Shown in pieces: positions 11,316 through 22,934 of a stretch of 64,000 nucleotides of DNA (positions within the stretch are counted from its first letter, which is position 1; each line of letters opens with the position of its first letter). The DNA is taken from contig BFEA01000001.1 in NCBI GenBank assembly GCA_003427395.1, positions 1,694,280-1,758,279 of the forward strand, in the 5' to 3' direction. Position numbers and translations under genes: made by a program. Source of the stretch: Chara braunii (lineage: Eukaryota; Plantae; Charophyceae). Under the pieces are notes generated by a model, which was not told the origin of the DNA, made no database searches, and saw only the letters and a list, made by a program, of their open reading frames with translations.

Positions 11316-14144
11316 GCTACGGAGATCGCCGCACTGAGGTACTGGCAGATCGGGCGCTGTCGGATCAAGCGTTGCAGGCTGCGCTATCTGGAGGGACATG
11401 CATCATATGAAGATGACTGAACCTGGCCCAAATTCGCGTCGGGGTGCATTCGCAGAAATAGAATAGCCGAGCGGAGCAAGAGATGGGTATGGCGAAAAGG
11501 AGAGAGTAGCTGGCTTACTCGTTTCTCGATGGTTTTGGGTGGGACAAAGTGTGATCCAGAGGTTTTGGCCCCGGGCGAGTTGCATGGTAGTGTTAGTTCT
11601 AGCTCTAGATAAGTGAGATAGGAGTAAGATAGAGGAGTTAGTTCGCGCAGCTATGGCGGAGGGAGAAGACGATGGGAGCGAAAAAGTTCGAATCTAACTC
11701 GATCCTCGATGGATTTGAGCGGGATAAGAGGCAAAGTGGGGGTTTTGAAGGAGGGCGAGCCCCATGGCGGTGTTAGTTTTGGAAGTGGGTTAGTAGAATA
11801 GGAATTAGTAGGAGAAAGTGTTGCGTAAGCATGTTGGGGAGAATGTAGATGACGGGTTAGAAGTTAGTTGGTTCATTAGTTTCTCTAATAGGATCAAGGG
11901 GATGAAGTAGCACTATATGGGCTTTAGTGATAGGCGAATCTGATAGTAAGATCGGATTTCAGAGCTAGTGGTCGGTTTCGACGGTGTGACTTGTTGGGGC
12001 AGCGCGCGAGGCGAATGGCTTCAGATTGGTGGATGAATCCCTCCGCGTTTTAGCGAGAGATTTATTCTCGTATCGTATATCTAGTGAGGAAAGGGATCGT
12101 GTTACTGGTTGGGAATGCTATGTTGTAGAATCACCGTCATTAACCCCTTTTATAAAAATTGAGCCTATACGAATAGTGATCGTGACCCCTTAGTTGCTCC
12201 TTCGTAGTAGTGCTGACCATGACCCCCTATTTTGTTTCTTGCCCCCGTTACCGTCGGCTGAGCTGTTCGTCCCCCCCCATAATGACATACTCTCATCATC
12301 GTGGTCGTGTTCGTGCTTGTGATCATGCCCACCATAGTTAAGTGAGGCCACGCCCTTCATTGATGACCGTTGGTTCGCACTCATGCTCCCTTTCACGTTC
12401 GTGTCCCTTCTCACGCTACCCTTGCAACTTGCGAGTACACCTGTTTCTCTCGTTTGGCGACTGCCGAAGTACCCGAATTTAGCCCCGGGTTTGGCCAGAT
12501 ACATTGAGCAGAGGCATGCGAAAGATTGAAGTGGGAACGACATAGGTGTATGTTGGAAGATGCGAGAAGCTAGTACCTCGCTCGACTTTCAACATAATCG
12601 AGTAGGAGGAGATACAAAGCTCGATCGGGCGAGCCCGATGGAACAGTCGGGTTGCCGAAAACAGGATTGTAGCAGAAGATTTGGGGGGAGAAGGGTTGCG
12701 CGAAGTATTTGGCGACTCCATACGAAGAGTAAAGCGAGGGAGGGGTATATCTTCGAATTATATCGAAAGATTCGTCCGACTCTGCTTGTCCTCTCATCGG
12801 GAGTATCGTGAGGCTAGCGGTAAAGTGGAGAACTTACCTAGTGGCGGTACGACTCTCGTTTATACGATGGAAGAAGCCACCTGCCATCCTCTCTATGTAC
12901 ATGGTTTGAAACCGGTGTTTTTCATCGATGAACTTGCGGAAGGTCCATCCCAATTTCTGTTATCCTTTCGGCAGGAGTAGAGTGAGGCCGACACAAGGTT
13001 GAAGATTTGCCTGATCGACCGGTGCGTCGGTCATCCTATCGGTAGAGAGGTGAGGATGCTGATGTAAAGGCGCGTGCCTGGTCTTGGTGATGGTCTACAT
13101 GCTCAGCGACTCAATGCACTTCGACTGTTGAGACCGATGACGACGAACTGTCTCGTTGCTTGTGATCAAGGCGGGCCGACAGTTGGGTTGATTATAAGGG
13201 ATGGAGAGTTACTGGGATCTAAATGCAGTCGCGGAATTGTAATAATACGGCCAGCTGATCTTAGCAAGGGCTAACGGGGGCATGCCGACAAAAAAACTAT
13301 TTCAGCAGACGGGTTGATTGTTGTTGATCACTCATTCCACAGACATGGCTACTACCACCATGGCTTGCAGTTACGCACGGGTGTTGGGGGCGTGCTATTG
13401 TGCTAAGTTTTGATGCGACTTGCTCTCACTTCGAGCAAGAGCACCGAGGTGTGGTCTGTTTGAACGCTGCCCCTTTTTGACTGCGTAGGTGGTAGTTTGG
13501 TAAGGAGGGGCGTCACGACCGAGGGAGTGGTCGAGCTCTTCAGAAAGGGTCGTTGCTGCAAACTGCCAGAGAGTCGAGGGGCATGCAATTTGACTTTGGT
13601 TTGACTGGCGGCTGCATGTTCTGACCACCATTGCGGGGCCCTCAAGCAAGTGAAGGTATCAAGCCCCTCTTCTGGGAGTTGAGTCTGTCCTCCTCTTGTA
13701 TCTCGAGAGTCTGAAACCCCTCCTTCTGCCCTTCTTACTCTAAGTCTAATCCTCTTGCGAAAGGAAGGCGGCAGGCGGGATTGCAACCTGTAGGACCGCA
13801 TCAAGACTCTGTGGGGAGTCAGCCTACCCATTGCAGGAGCTCTGCCGGAACTCAGGAGGAGTTTTGGAGGCATGGAGCTGAAAGGTAACCATTGCTTTCC
13901 TTCTATAAACCCAGTATAACCCCTACCTGTATTCATTGTTATGTTTGACTGAGTATATCGCCTGCATCCCTACTTTGACTTTCAGTTTGACTTTCAGGAC
14001 ACAAACTAGAGTAAAGGAATGTATGCGCAATATCAGTTTCATTTTTATTATTTGACTGAAAGCAGATTGTAAAATTGCATCTGTGGGAAGGATGGGAGGA
14101 AGGTTGTTTTGCTTGAGTCTGACTGGGTCAACCAAAGGCTAGGA

Positions 14145-14860
14145 GAGTCTCCATAAGATTGGAGGGTCCAATGCTATGTTTATTTCTGATTGCTTGAAGG
14201 ACCAGACAGATTCTCATAAGTTTGGGTGGTTTGGTTGCTTTGACTTGTGAGGGCTGACTGTGATTGACTTTTCAGGGACCAAGAATGTTTCATAAGTTTG
14301 GGTGGCTTGGTCGCCTTGTTTAACTTGGGCTTCTTTCAGTTTCTTTAGTTCTGAACGAGGAGGTCTGGGCATGTTTCATAAGTTTGTGTGGCTCAGCCTC
14401 TTCCTGTTTTGGTTTTAAGAGAATAAATCGGGCTGAGGACCAGACAGGTTCCCATGAGTTTAGGTGGTCTTTGCCCAATGCCACGCACATACTGGAACCA
14501 AAAGGATATAACTTGGCTATACTTTACTATTATTCTATCTATGAACAGGCTAGTTAGATAGGGTTCCATAAGTTTGGGTGGTCTGACTATAGCTTATCAC
14601 CAACTGAAGAGAGTATCAGCTAAGAATAAACTTGTGGTACGAAGGGACAAGCTAAATCTTGATCTAAGATTACCAGTTCAGTCATATGTTGCCTCAAAAG
14701 ACTAAGTGGAGATAAATATATAAAGTTGGGATACTTAAACAAGTTCATGGTGACTAGGGTGGCCTAATCATATGCCCAAAGAATAGAAAAGTTGTTGTGC
14801 CCTGTGTTTGTGTATATTTTATGGCTAAGCTAGGCATGTTCCCATAAGTTGGGTATAAAG
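14145..14860 (+). repeat. Second stem-loop array with loop consensus ~ATGTTTCATAAGTTTGGGTG
   Basis: Hairpins at 14201-14235, 14277-14312, 14365-14396, ~14441-14470 and 14551-14589, with degenerate loops at ~14151 and ~14836. Confidence 0.85.
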
Positions 14861-15089
14861 GGGTAAATCATTGAAAGACTACGAACTATTGTTTGTCCAT
14901 ATTGATTTTGGGATGGTGAGAGTACTTACCTTTGTGGGTTGGCCTGCATGTGGCTGAGTGAGATTACTACTTAGTCCGAGTTTCAGCTTGATAGGTAGTT
15001 ACTTTAGATGTTCGCCACGTGCTAGAGCCATAGGAGTTGGTTTCAATTTTTGCATTTTATGGGCTAAGTTTAATTTTACTTAGGTCGAT

Positions 15090-15655
15090 TTCTGCATTTT
15101 CTGGGATTTTTTATTATACTTGGTTTTGTATAAATCTTGGTAAGCCACTTTCTCTATGGGAAGCACTGCCGAAATTTCTACAAAACCAAGGAGTTAGTTA
15201 AATTTTGTTTTTTCAAAGTTCAGTTTGTCTGACTTTTTGGCATAGTAAAAATATGGGAAACCTCTTTTTCTAAAGGGAGTGCTGTTCAAATTTTTGTTGC
15301 TTCAAGGAGTTAGATAAAATTAAACTTTGAGAAGTCAAAGTCATTTTTTTTCTGAACTTAGCTTTATATAAATTTTGGTAAGCTATTTTCTCTACAGGAA
15401 GTGCTGCCGAAATTTCTGTAAATCCAAGGAGTTGGTCAAAATTTGACTTTTCAAAGTTCAACTTGTCTAATCTTTATATATGGATTAGTAAAAATATGAA
15501 AAGTCTCATTTTCTAAAGGGAGTGCTGCCCAAATTTTTGCTAATTTGGGGAGTTAGATAAAATTTGGCTTTGGAAACTTGGAGATTATTTTTGTTTTCAT
15601 ATTCAGATTGATATAAATTCTGAGAAGGCACTTTTCCTACGGGAAGCGCTACCGA
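15090..15655. repeat. ~240-bp tandem repeat in LTR (third unit split by an insertion)
   Basis: GGAAGYRCTGCCGAAATTTCT at ~15159 and ~15397. The third unit breaks at 15655 and resumes at 18676. Confidence 0.8.
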
Positions 15656-18600
15656 TGTCGAGTGCATCGGCTCCCGTCTTTTCCGCAAAGGCGAGAGCCC
15701 TCCCGGCCATGTCACGCAGGAGTTTAACCAAACGAAAACCATCAAGAGACAACTCGGGAACGACACTTAACAACCCCGCGAACCGCTTCACTTGAGTGAA
15801 TGCTGGCTGGCTGCTGCTATGGGGCGATGCTGCCGATGGAGATGCTGGAGTGGAGAGTGGAGGTCTGCAGGATGAAGGGAGACACTGCTGGAGGAGAAAA
15901 AGGGAGACTGTCATAGCCACCGCTTCATTTGGTGAAGTGCAGGAGAGGTGTTGCCTGCACAGCACAGTTTCGGCAGTTGTTTTTGCTGTGGTGCAGGGGA
16001 AACTCTGCCCGTTTTGCACGGCGGCAGCAGATTTTCGGCAAGTGGTGCAGGGGAGGCTCTGGCCGTTTTGCACGACGGCAACAGTGTATTTTTGGTAGTA
16101 ACGTGGACGCGCTGCCGGATTTTTGCGGCGGCGGTATTGGTTTTAACAGAAGTGGTGCGGAAGCGCTGCCGGATTTTTGCGGCGGCAGCATTGGTTAACG
16201 GTAGTGGTGTAGAAACACTGTCGGTTTTGCATGGCGGCAACGTCACTATCAGTAAGGAAGTGTTGTGTTGTTGTTGTTTTGGCACGTCGACAACACTATT
16301 GTGAGGGAAGATGCTGTGGGTCTCTTGCGTCACAATGGAGGCAGTTTTCTTTGTGTGATCTGGCGGTGGTGTTGCGGGGCAGCCATGGTACTGGGTTTGA
16401 TGGCGCAACAAACAGTGGTCCGCTTATTTTTTTGGTGTGCGGTGGTTATGGTGGATTTCAGTGTGGCCTGAAGGTTGGATTGACACTGGTTGGTGGTTGG
16501 GATCGTCCTGCAATGGTGTGTGGGTCGACGGCGTGTAAAAAGTGCAGAGCGGTTGCACGAGGCGAAGTAATTATGGGGCTCGCGGCACTTGCGGGTTTCA
16601 CCAGGGGCACCTTTATTTTTTTTGCGGTGTGCAGTGCACGCGATTTTGAGTTTTGGACCATCTGGTATTGCAAGCGATAGTATGGGACAGCATTGGGACC
16701 ATCTGGGACCATTTCGGGACTAGGTGGAACTAGTTGTTGTGATTGGGACCGACGTACCGATGTGGTTATTGCGAGCGGGCGTGATTGAAGGCGACGTGGA
16801 CTTGCGTTTGGTTGGAGAGTGTCTTTGGAGGACGTAATGCAGTAGGGACTGCGTTGAGACTGTCTGAGATGCTGGGGCGGCATAGGATTGGATTATGGGA
16901 GCACCCTCCTTGAGGGTTATCCCACTTAAGTCCTCTCTATGGGCCGACTCTTGCTTATTCGGACACTTCATGGAGGACGTGGACTGTGATTCAGGAGAAA
17001 GGTCACAAACAGATGAGTTGTGTGCCGCATAATTTTCTATGGCGATTATTTTCTTCTGATTGGAGTATTACCTGGTTTTCTTGAGTGGGTCAGACCAAAC
17101 TTCACTCGAGGTCAGTTGATTGACTCATATTTCCTGTCACACTTGTGTGAACCCACACTTTGCTTGACCCTGTTCGTTTTGAATGTTTGAAAGAAAAGGT
17201 AGAGGAAAGTTGTGCGAGTCATGCATGTAAACGGAGAGGTCTAACTTGGGTATGGGATTGCACTGGTTTTCTCTTGAACTGGTTGACTTTGCGTGTTGTG
17301 AAGGTAGGTAGCAGGATGCTTGCAAATGAGATTGGTTGTGCCTATTCGAGATGAAGAGAATGATTGTTTTTTTTCAACCTGTTGTCTGCCTGCATGTTAA
17401 AAACGCTTGTGTTTTGAAATGAATAATCTCAATAGGTGTTGTGAAAGAAACTTGTGAATATAATTAAGATGAGGTCAATTGGATTTAACTTTTCCCCAGG
17501 ATTGATGCTTTCTGTCCCGAATGACCTTATCCACCCGTACTTGTCCAAACGAGTCTCATTCTTTACCTTTCCTGAATTCTTTTCGTCTAAGTTACATTGG
17601 ACTTAGGAGAAATGGAGAATATATGAAAGTTAGTTGAAGTGGACGCATCCGCTCTCTCCAGGAAGTGTCTCGGGCGGGGGTTCGTTGTTTCAAGAGCCGA
17701 CCCTGTTATCAACCCAGAGTGGACCATTCTACGGGAGGGTACTTGCCGATTCGGTGGAGATGGCCCGACTTCTGAGATCTGAATCTTGTACTTGGACGAG
17801 GAGGAGGAGTACCCCAGACCACTTCCTAGGAGAGAGGCATGCAACACTTCAAGCAATGCCCCTGATCAAGAATCATTCGCAGGGCAGCTTGTCATCCGAA
17901 AAGATAGTAAACGGATGAAGACATGTATGTGTGTCAAATCTTGGGTTGACGGTAGGATGGAATGAATGACTTTGGCAGCGCGTCTCATCAAGTCTAAACT
18001 AAGGAAGCCGACTACCTTGTCGGCTGCATTTATATTATCGTCAATAGTCAACTTTTTGTTGGCGGTTGCATGATTGTTTTGTGATGTTTGACCTGAGATG
18101 GTCAAAGGTTGATTTTTTATGATGTAAGTACATGCAGATGTTTTATTTTATTTTATTTTATTGTGCGTTAAAGGGACTAGAATCAACGTTGGGTTTCACA
18201 CTTGGTTGATACCGTCCTAGTCGACCAGCGTTCGCTTCGTACTTGGGAGATCAGCGTCCTAAGGAACGGACGGCGTTCGGGTTCGCTTGGCGTTAACCAA
18301 GCGTATCTATACTACAACAAACGAGCAAACGCCCTCGGCTGACCTACCTCTGCAATTGCATCTAAAAGCTTTCGCATGTGGGTCAGTAGCTCGGTAGGGA
18401 TACGCTTCTAAGGGTGGTGACAGCCCCTTAGGGAGGGAAAGCTTATGCCCCACAGAAACCTATCCTGTCGTAGGGGACTGCGAGATGTACAGTTGGCGCA
18501 CCCGGTTAGAGCGGCGAAGGGACGACGCGCTTGCGGTCGTCTCTGCGGTTCGCGGGGTTGTTAAGTGTCGTTCCCGAGTTGTCTCTTGATGACTTTTGTT

Positions 18601-18675
18601 TGGTTAAACTCCTGCGTGACATGGCCGGGAGGGCTCTCGCCTTTGTGGAAAAGGCGGGAGCCGATGCGCTTGACA
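15656..18675. mobile_element. 3.0-kb non-autonomous element with ~130-bp terminal inverted repeats, TGT...ACA ends and 4-bp TSD (CCGA)
   Basis: 15656-15787 is the reverse complement of 18544-18675. CCGA at 15652-15655 and 18676-18679; removing the insert restores the host repeat. No intact transposase ORF. Confidence 0.8.
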
Positions 18676-18718
18676 CCGAAATTTTCTTAGTTTAGAGGAG
18701 ATAAATTATATTTTGACA

Positions 18719-18736
18719 GGTGGCGACTCTGGCGAT
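18719..18736 (+). promoter_or_regulatory. Putative primer-binding site (tRNA-Arg-like, degenerate)
   Basis: GGTGGCGACTCTG directly after ...GACA resembles the TGGCGACTC(T/C)GCTGGGGA PBS of Ogre/Tat elements. The 3' half deviates. Confidence 0.55.
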
Positions 18737-20029
18737 CCACTCTATATGGGGAAAATTCTGCCATAGGTCTACCTTTTGGGGGGCACTGGCTTAGAGGTAG
18801 ACTTAGGCTTGGTTATCAGAAGAGTCTTGAGTGAGAACGTGTCATGGAGATTTGATCTCCATACATTGACGATTTAGCTTGGGCATTGACTTGTCTTATG
18901 ATACACGCCTTCTTTGGACATTCGATCTAGGATTTGGACTAGCTTCAGTTTAATCCTACGAGGATCATTTTCTATTATCACTGATAACATGTCGGTTGGT
19001 TGATCGCCGACTTGTCGGCTCACGACACAACTTTGCTTACACCTCTACCTCAACTTGATTGCCTTAGCCATGAGATTTGATATGTTTCTTTGAGGGTTTC
19101 AACCCTGACTTCTTTTAATGACCATTATAAAGAACTTATGAGATTTATGGAAGGTTGGGCTATGACTGGGGCTTGAGTGTGTGGCGTGGTGTGAGTTATA
19201 AGGAAAAGTAAAGTTGACCACATTGGTGTATGGCAATGTGACTATTGTGTGTGCCTGTGTTTTATGCAGGTTAGTATTTTGGAGCTTGGTATATGGGTCA
19301 TACTTTGGAGGCAATGAGAATGACAACCATGTGTCGCACGATCTGCATATCTGATGGGTTTATGTTTCCCCCTCTTTTGGTTTATCTCGAGTTCTCATTT
19401 GTTATATGAGTGTTGGGATGTTTATTTATTTATTGGGTAATTTTGTTTGTTGATTCTTATAGTTGGACATTGTAGTCCGTGACAGCCGTCAAAGTCAAAC
19501 CCCTTGACTTCTTTCCTGATCCTGGATGAGAGAGATGGTCTCCAGGGCCATAAGAGATGATTCCCACCACAGGTATGAACCTGTATACCACGCACTCTCC
19601 GCAGGGTGCAGAAGAGGGTGTGGTTTTCAACCGCACTTGGCAGTTGTCCAGCGTCAAGAGATCAATCCCTCAAGGCGCGTGTCAGCCGACACTTGAGTGT
19701 CGAATGCGACCCTCGAGATTAACGAGGACCGCATGAGTATGGGTACTACATAGTACGTCATCATTGCGACTGCTTGCATTTGCTTGCATTTGCTTGCATT
19801 GCGCGTCGATATGAGTCAGCCCTGCATCCACGCAGTTTTATACTAAGTCTCGCGCGCGACGCCTATCCGATTTCCGCATCGGAGAGTTATGGGAAGGTTA
19901 CTAAGGGACTAGGAGTGTTGTCGTGTTATTTGTTCTGTGTCGTTTCGTATATATGTACGTGTGCGTGTTTTTATTTTTATGTTCTTTAGAGTGGTGTGTG
20001 CGTGGAGTGTGGGATACATCCTAGTCGAC

Positions 20030-20440
20030 CGACGACAAGTCGCGCTTGGGACCTCAGCCCCTCAAGGCATCGGTTCGCGTACGGGTCCGATAGAGGCGTA
20101 AAGCCGCACGTACCCCCTATGCTACAGCGAACGAGAAACGCCCTCGGCTGGTCCACCTCTACGATTGCAATTGATCAACTTCCGTACTGTGGACTGGTAG
20201 TTCGGCGGGGATACGCCCACCGAAGGGAGGTGATAACTCCCGTAAGGTGGAGGTAAGTCGTGCCTCGCGTAGGCCCTATCCTGTCGTAGGGGTTCGCGAG
20301 AGGTATGGCTGGCGAACTCGGCCGAAGTGGCTTGCGGAAGCTCCATGTATATTCACGACGAGGATCAGACCGACTTCTGCGTGACGCGGTCGGGAGGGTT
20401 CCGCTCTGCCTTGTGCAGTGCCGGACCGATGCGCTCGACA
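20030..20440 (+). mobile_element. Copy of the terminal module ending GCGCTCGACA
   Basis: 20165-20440 is the reverse complement of 3288-3555 and is homologous to 18215-18675. Confidence 0.75.
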
Positions 20441-21440
20441 CCGCGCACACGCAGGCGCCACGCATGATTGGACCTCGCCGTCGATATCCCGCGAGCGCGT
20501 CGTGGACTTTGGACGGGGCCGCACCAGCGTGGCTTGCAAAAAGCTCGCCATGACAGTCACGATCCGGTAACAGGACGAGTTAGGTCGCAGCGACTACCGC
20601 TATGATAGCGCTTCGACTAGGAAGCGAGTATGCATACTGGCGCCATGTCGACAAAACATAGCCATGCAACTATGGCACCTCGCCTCACGGCCTTCAATTT
20701 CAACCCTTGGTTACACGATGAAGACATACAATAAGTCATAAAGATTAGTTGTGTAAGGAGGGAGAGATAGGAGTTGTTCTAGCTTACATGTGGAAGAAAG
20801 AGGATTTACGGTATTTAGTGTTGATGGTCCTATCAATGTTGGAAGTCATTTGTAAATCTCCCTTTGCAAGTGAATGGAAAAGAGTGTCATAAGTTAAGGT
20901 CGACGACTGATCTCAACATTGGAAGACCCTCTTATCATAAGCCTGCTAACACAAGTTGCAATAAGAGGGAAATTCACTTCGTGAATTCGGGTGGAAAGTT
21001 GAGGAGTGAGATAGATAGGTATCTATGCTCCTGACTCCATGACGGAGGTGGAAATGGAATGGGGGGCTCGCTTCCCTCCAATGGCGCCGGTAAACGTAAT
21101 AGAAGATAACGATATCTACGTGAGTTGGCCAGACGGTGCTACGGGGACAAAATTCTGGCAACAAATATAGATCCAAGAGAAATGAGTGGGGAAGAAAGAG
21201 AGGTGCGATTTAAAGTCAATAAGCATATTGAGCAGGTAAAGATAAATTGGTTAAGGAGCATACCGTAACTGTTATTTTTTGAGAAGGGGCTAGGTTTTTG
21301 TCACGAAAGGTGAAAAAAAAAATAGTAAGAGCATTCGAAGACGATAGAGTGAGTGATGGCTCTTTTGACTCAGCCACATTCAACTGAGGTAGAGTAACGT
21401 CGAAAGCCCGAACGTAGTATCGTATGTTGCAAAGAGTCAT

Positions 21441-22211
21441 GTGATAGCCGATTGGCTAATTTTGAAAGGAAGGAATGAGATTACGATAGGGCCAGGTCAC
21501 TACGTATTCGAATTTAAGCCCTGGCTTACCAAAGCACAACTGAGAGCTCAAAGGCTTAAGGAAGACGAATCAATTTTTTGGGTAATTGTAGTACAAGTAC
21601 CATTCGATGCTTTCATCTACCTGGAAGTTCACATGACAAAGACAATTGGGCCTGTCATCCGTACTCGTTCGACAAAGCGGGATGGATTCAAACCAGCCTT
21701 GATCAAGATTAAATTTGAGATCGATCCGGTAGTGAGAGGAAATATGAGAGGCAAGATTTGGGTGGACACGTGTGTGGGCGATGAGTTGAAAGTCAGACTT
21801 GCCTCATCGAAGACCCCAAAGTGCAGACATTGCAGAGCGTTCTTTCATATGGAAGCAGGCTGTAGACGAAATCGCCAGCAAGGTCAAGGTGAACCATCAC
21901 AACAGGCTCAATCGAGGAACACATGTCGTCCTCAATATCAAGGTCAGCTCCAGCCTGTTGGAAGTCAAGGAGGAGGAGGAAATATGGCAGAAGTGCAGAA
22001 TGGAGGTGGAGGAGGTGCAACTTCGGCCACTATGGGAAGCGGTCCAAATCAAGGAGGAATAGCAGTCTCTCCAAGTTTGGGTATGCCTCCACAAGGAATG
22101 AACTGCTACAATCAAGGGCAACAACAATTTGTCCCGAGAGGAATAAGTAACTTACAAAGTCCGATGGCCAACCTTATGCATGGAGGGATTCCACATGGCA
22201 ACGCTTGCTAG
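21441..22211 (+). pseudogene. LINE ORF1 fragment (DUF4283-like region + CX2CX4HX4C zinc knuckle)
   Basis: FKPW...FWVIVVQVP...KCRHCRAFFHMEAGC, followed by a Q/G-rich tract. Confidence 0.8.
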
Positions 22212-22934
22212 AATAACCCCAGGTATTCTTCGGGGTTAAAAGCCTTTACAAGCAGGTACTTCTCGCTGGCAGGCGATCCGATAATGTCTATGGTGGCGCC
22301 GCCCTGGACGATCCAACCTCCGATGCAACACTTTACTGCCTCGGGATTCGTGCCCTATAGAGATCCAGCGATACATAAACAACATCAAGCAGCCAGGGGA
22401 ATGCCCTCGCCAACGCGAAACAACCATGCGACCCCCAAAAGACATGTAGTGCGGTACGAAGTACACCATCAGCCAAGTGACAGGCCCCCTGCTGGGACAT
22501 CCATGTCAGCAGGACCACCGAGACCAACGTCATCAGGAACGACTCTCGGTATGAGAAGCGCGTCACCTGGGAAACAACGACACTTAGATGAGTCCACGTC
22601 AACATCGTCACTTCACAGAAATGAGCAATGAACCTCACCGCCAAGATCTGAGAGCTCACATACTACCATTGATGGCACATCGGGTATGAAGACAACAAAG
22701 AGAAGGTTTCCAACTGCACCCCAACGAGGTCAGATTCATGACCTTGAGGTAAGACTCTTTCTCCTATTTTGTACTTGTGTCCATAATAACATATGGTTAA
22801 TATCATTCACAAGGCCAGATGGCTCCCAGGCTTTGGTGAACATAGCTGCTCTAGAGAAACCAACAACGAGGTCAGATTCATGACCTCGAGGTAAGACTCC
22901 TTCTCCTATTTTGTACTTGTGCCCATGATAACAA

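Larger units (their letters stand above)
10199..18718 (+). mobile_element. Giant (~5.5 kb excluding nested insert) LTR of a Tat/Ogre-like Ty3/Gypsy retrotransposon
   Basis: Starts TGTCGTACCAAATACCCTTACAAGGGTATTTGG and ends TTTTGACA (18718), followed by GGTGGCGACTCTG. Collinear inverted homology to 1-6403. Contains rRNA pieces, a hairpin array and ~240-bp repeats. Confidence 0.55.

Noticed and set aside
15796-18105. Transposase inside the TIR element
   Set aside because: Only short low-complexity ORFs are present, with no DDE or HHCC motifs recognised.
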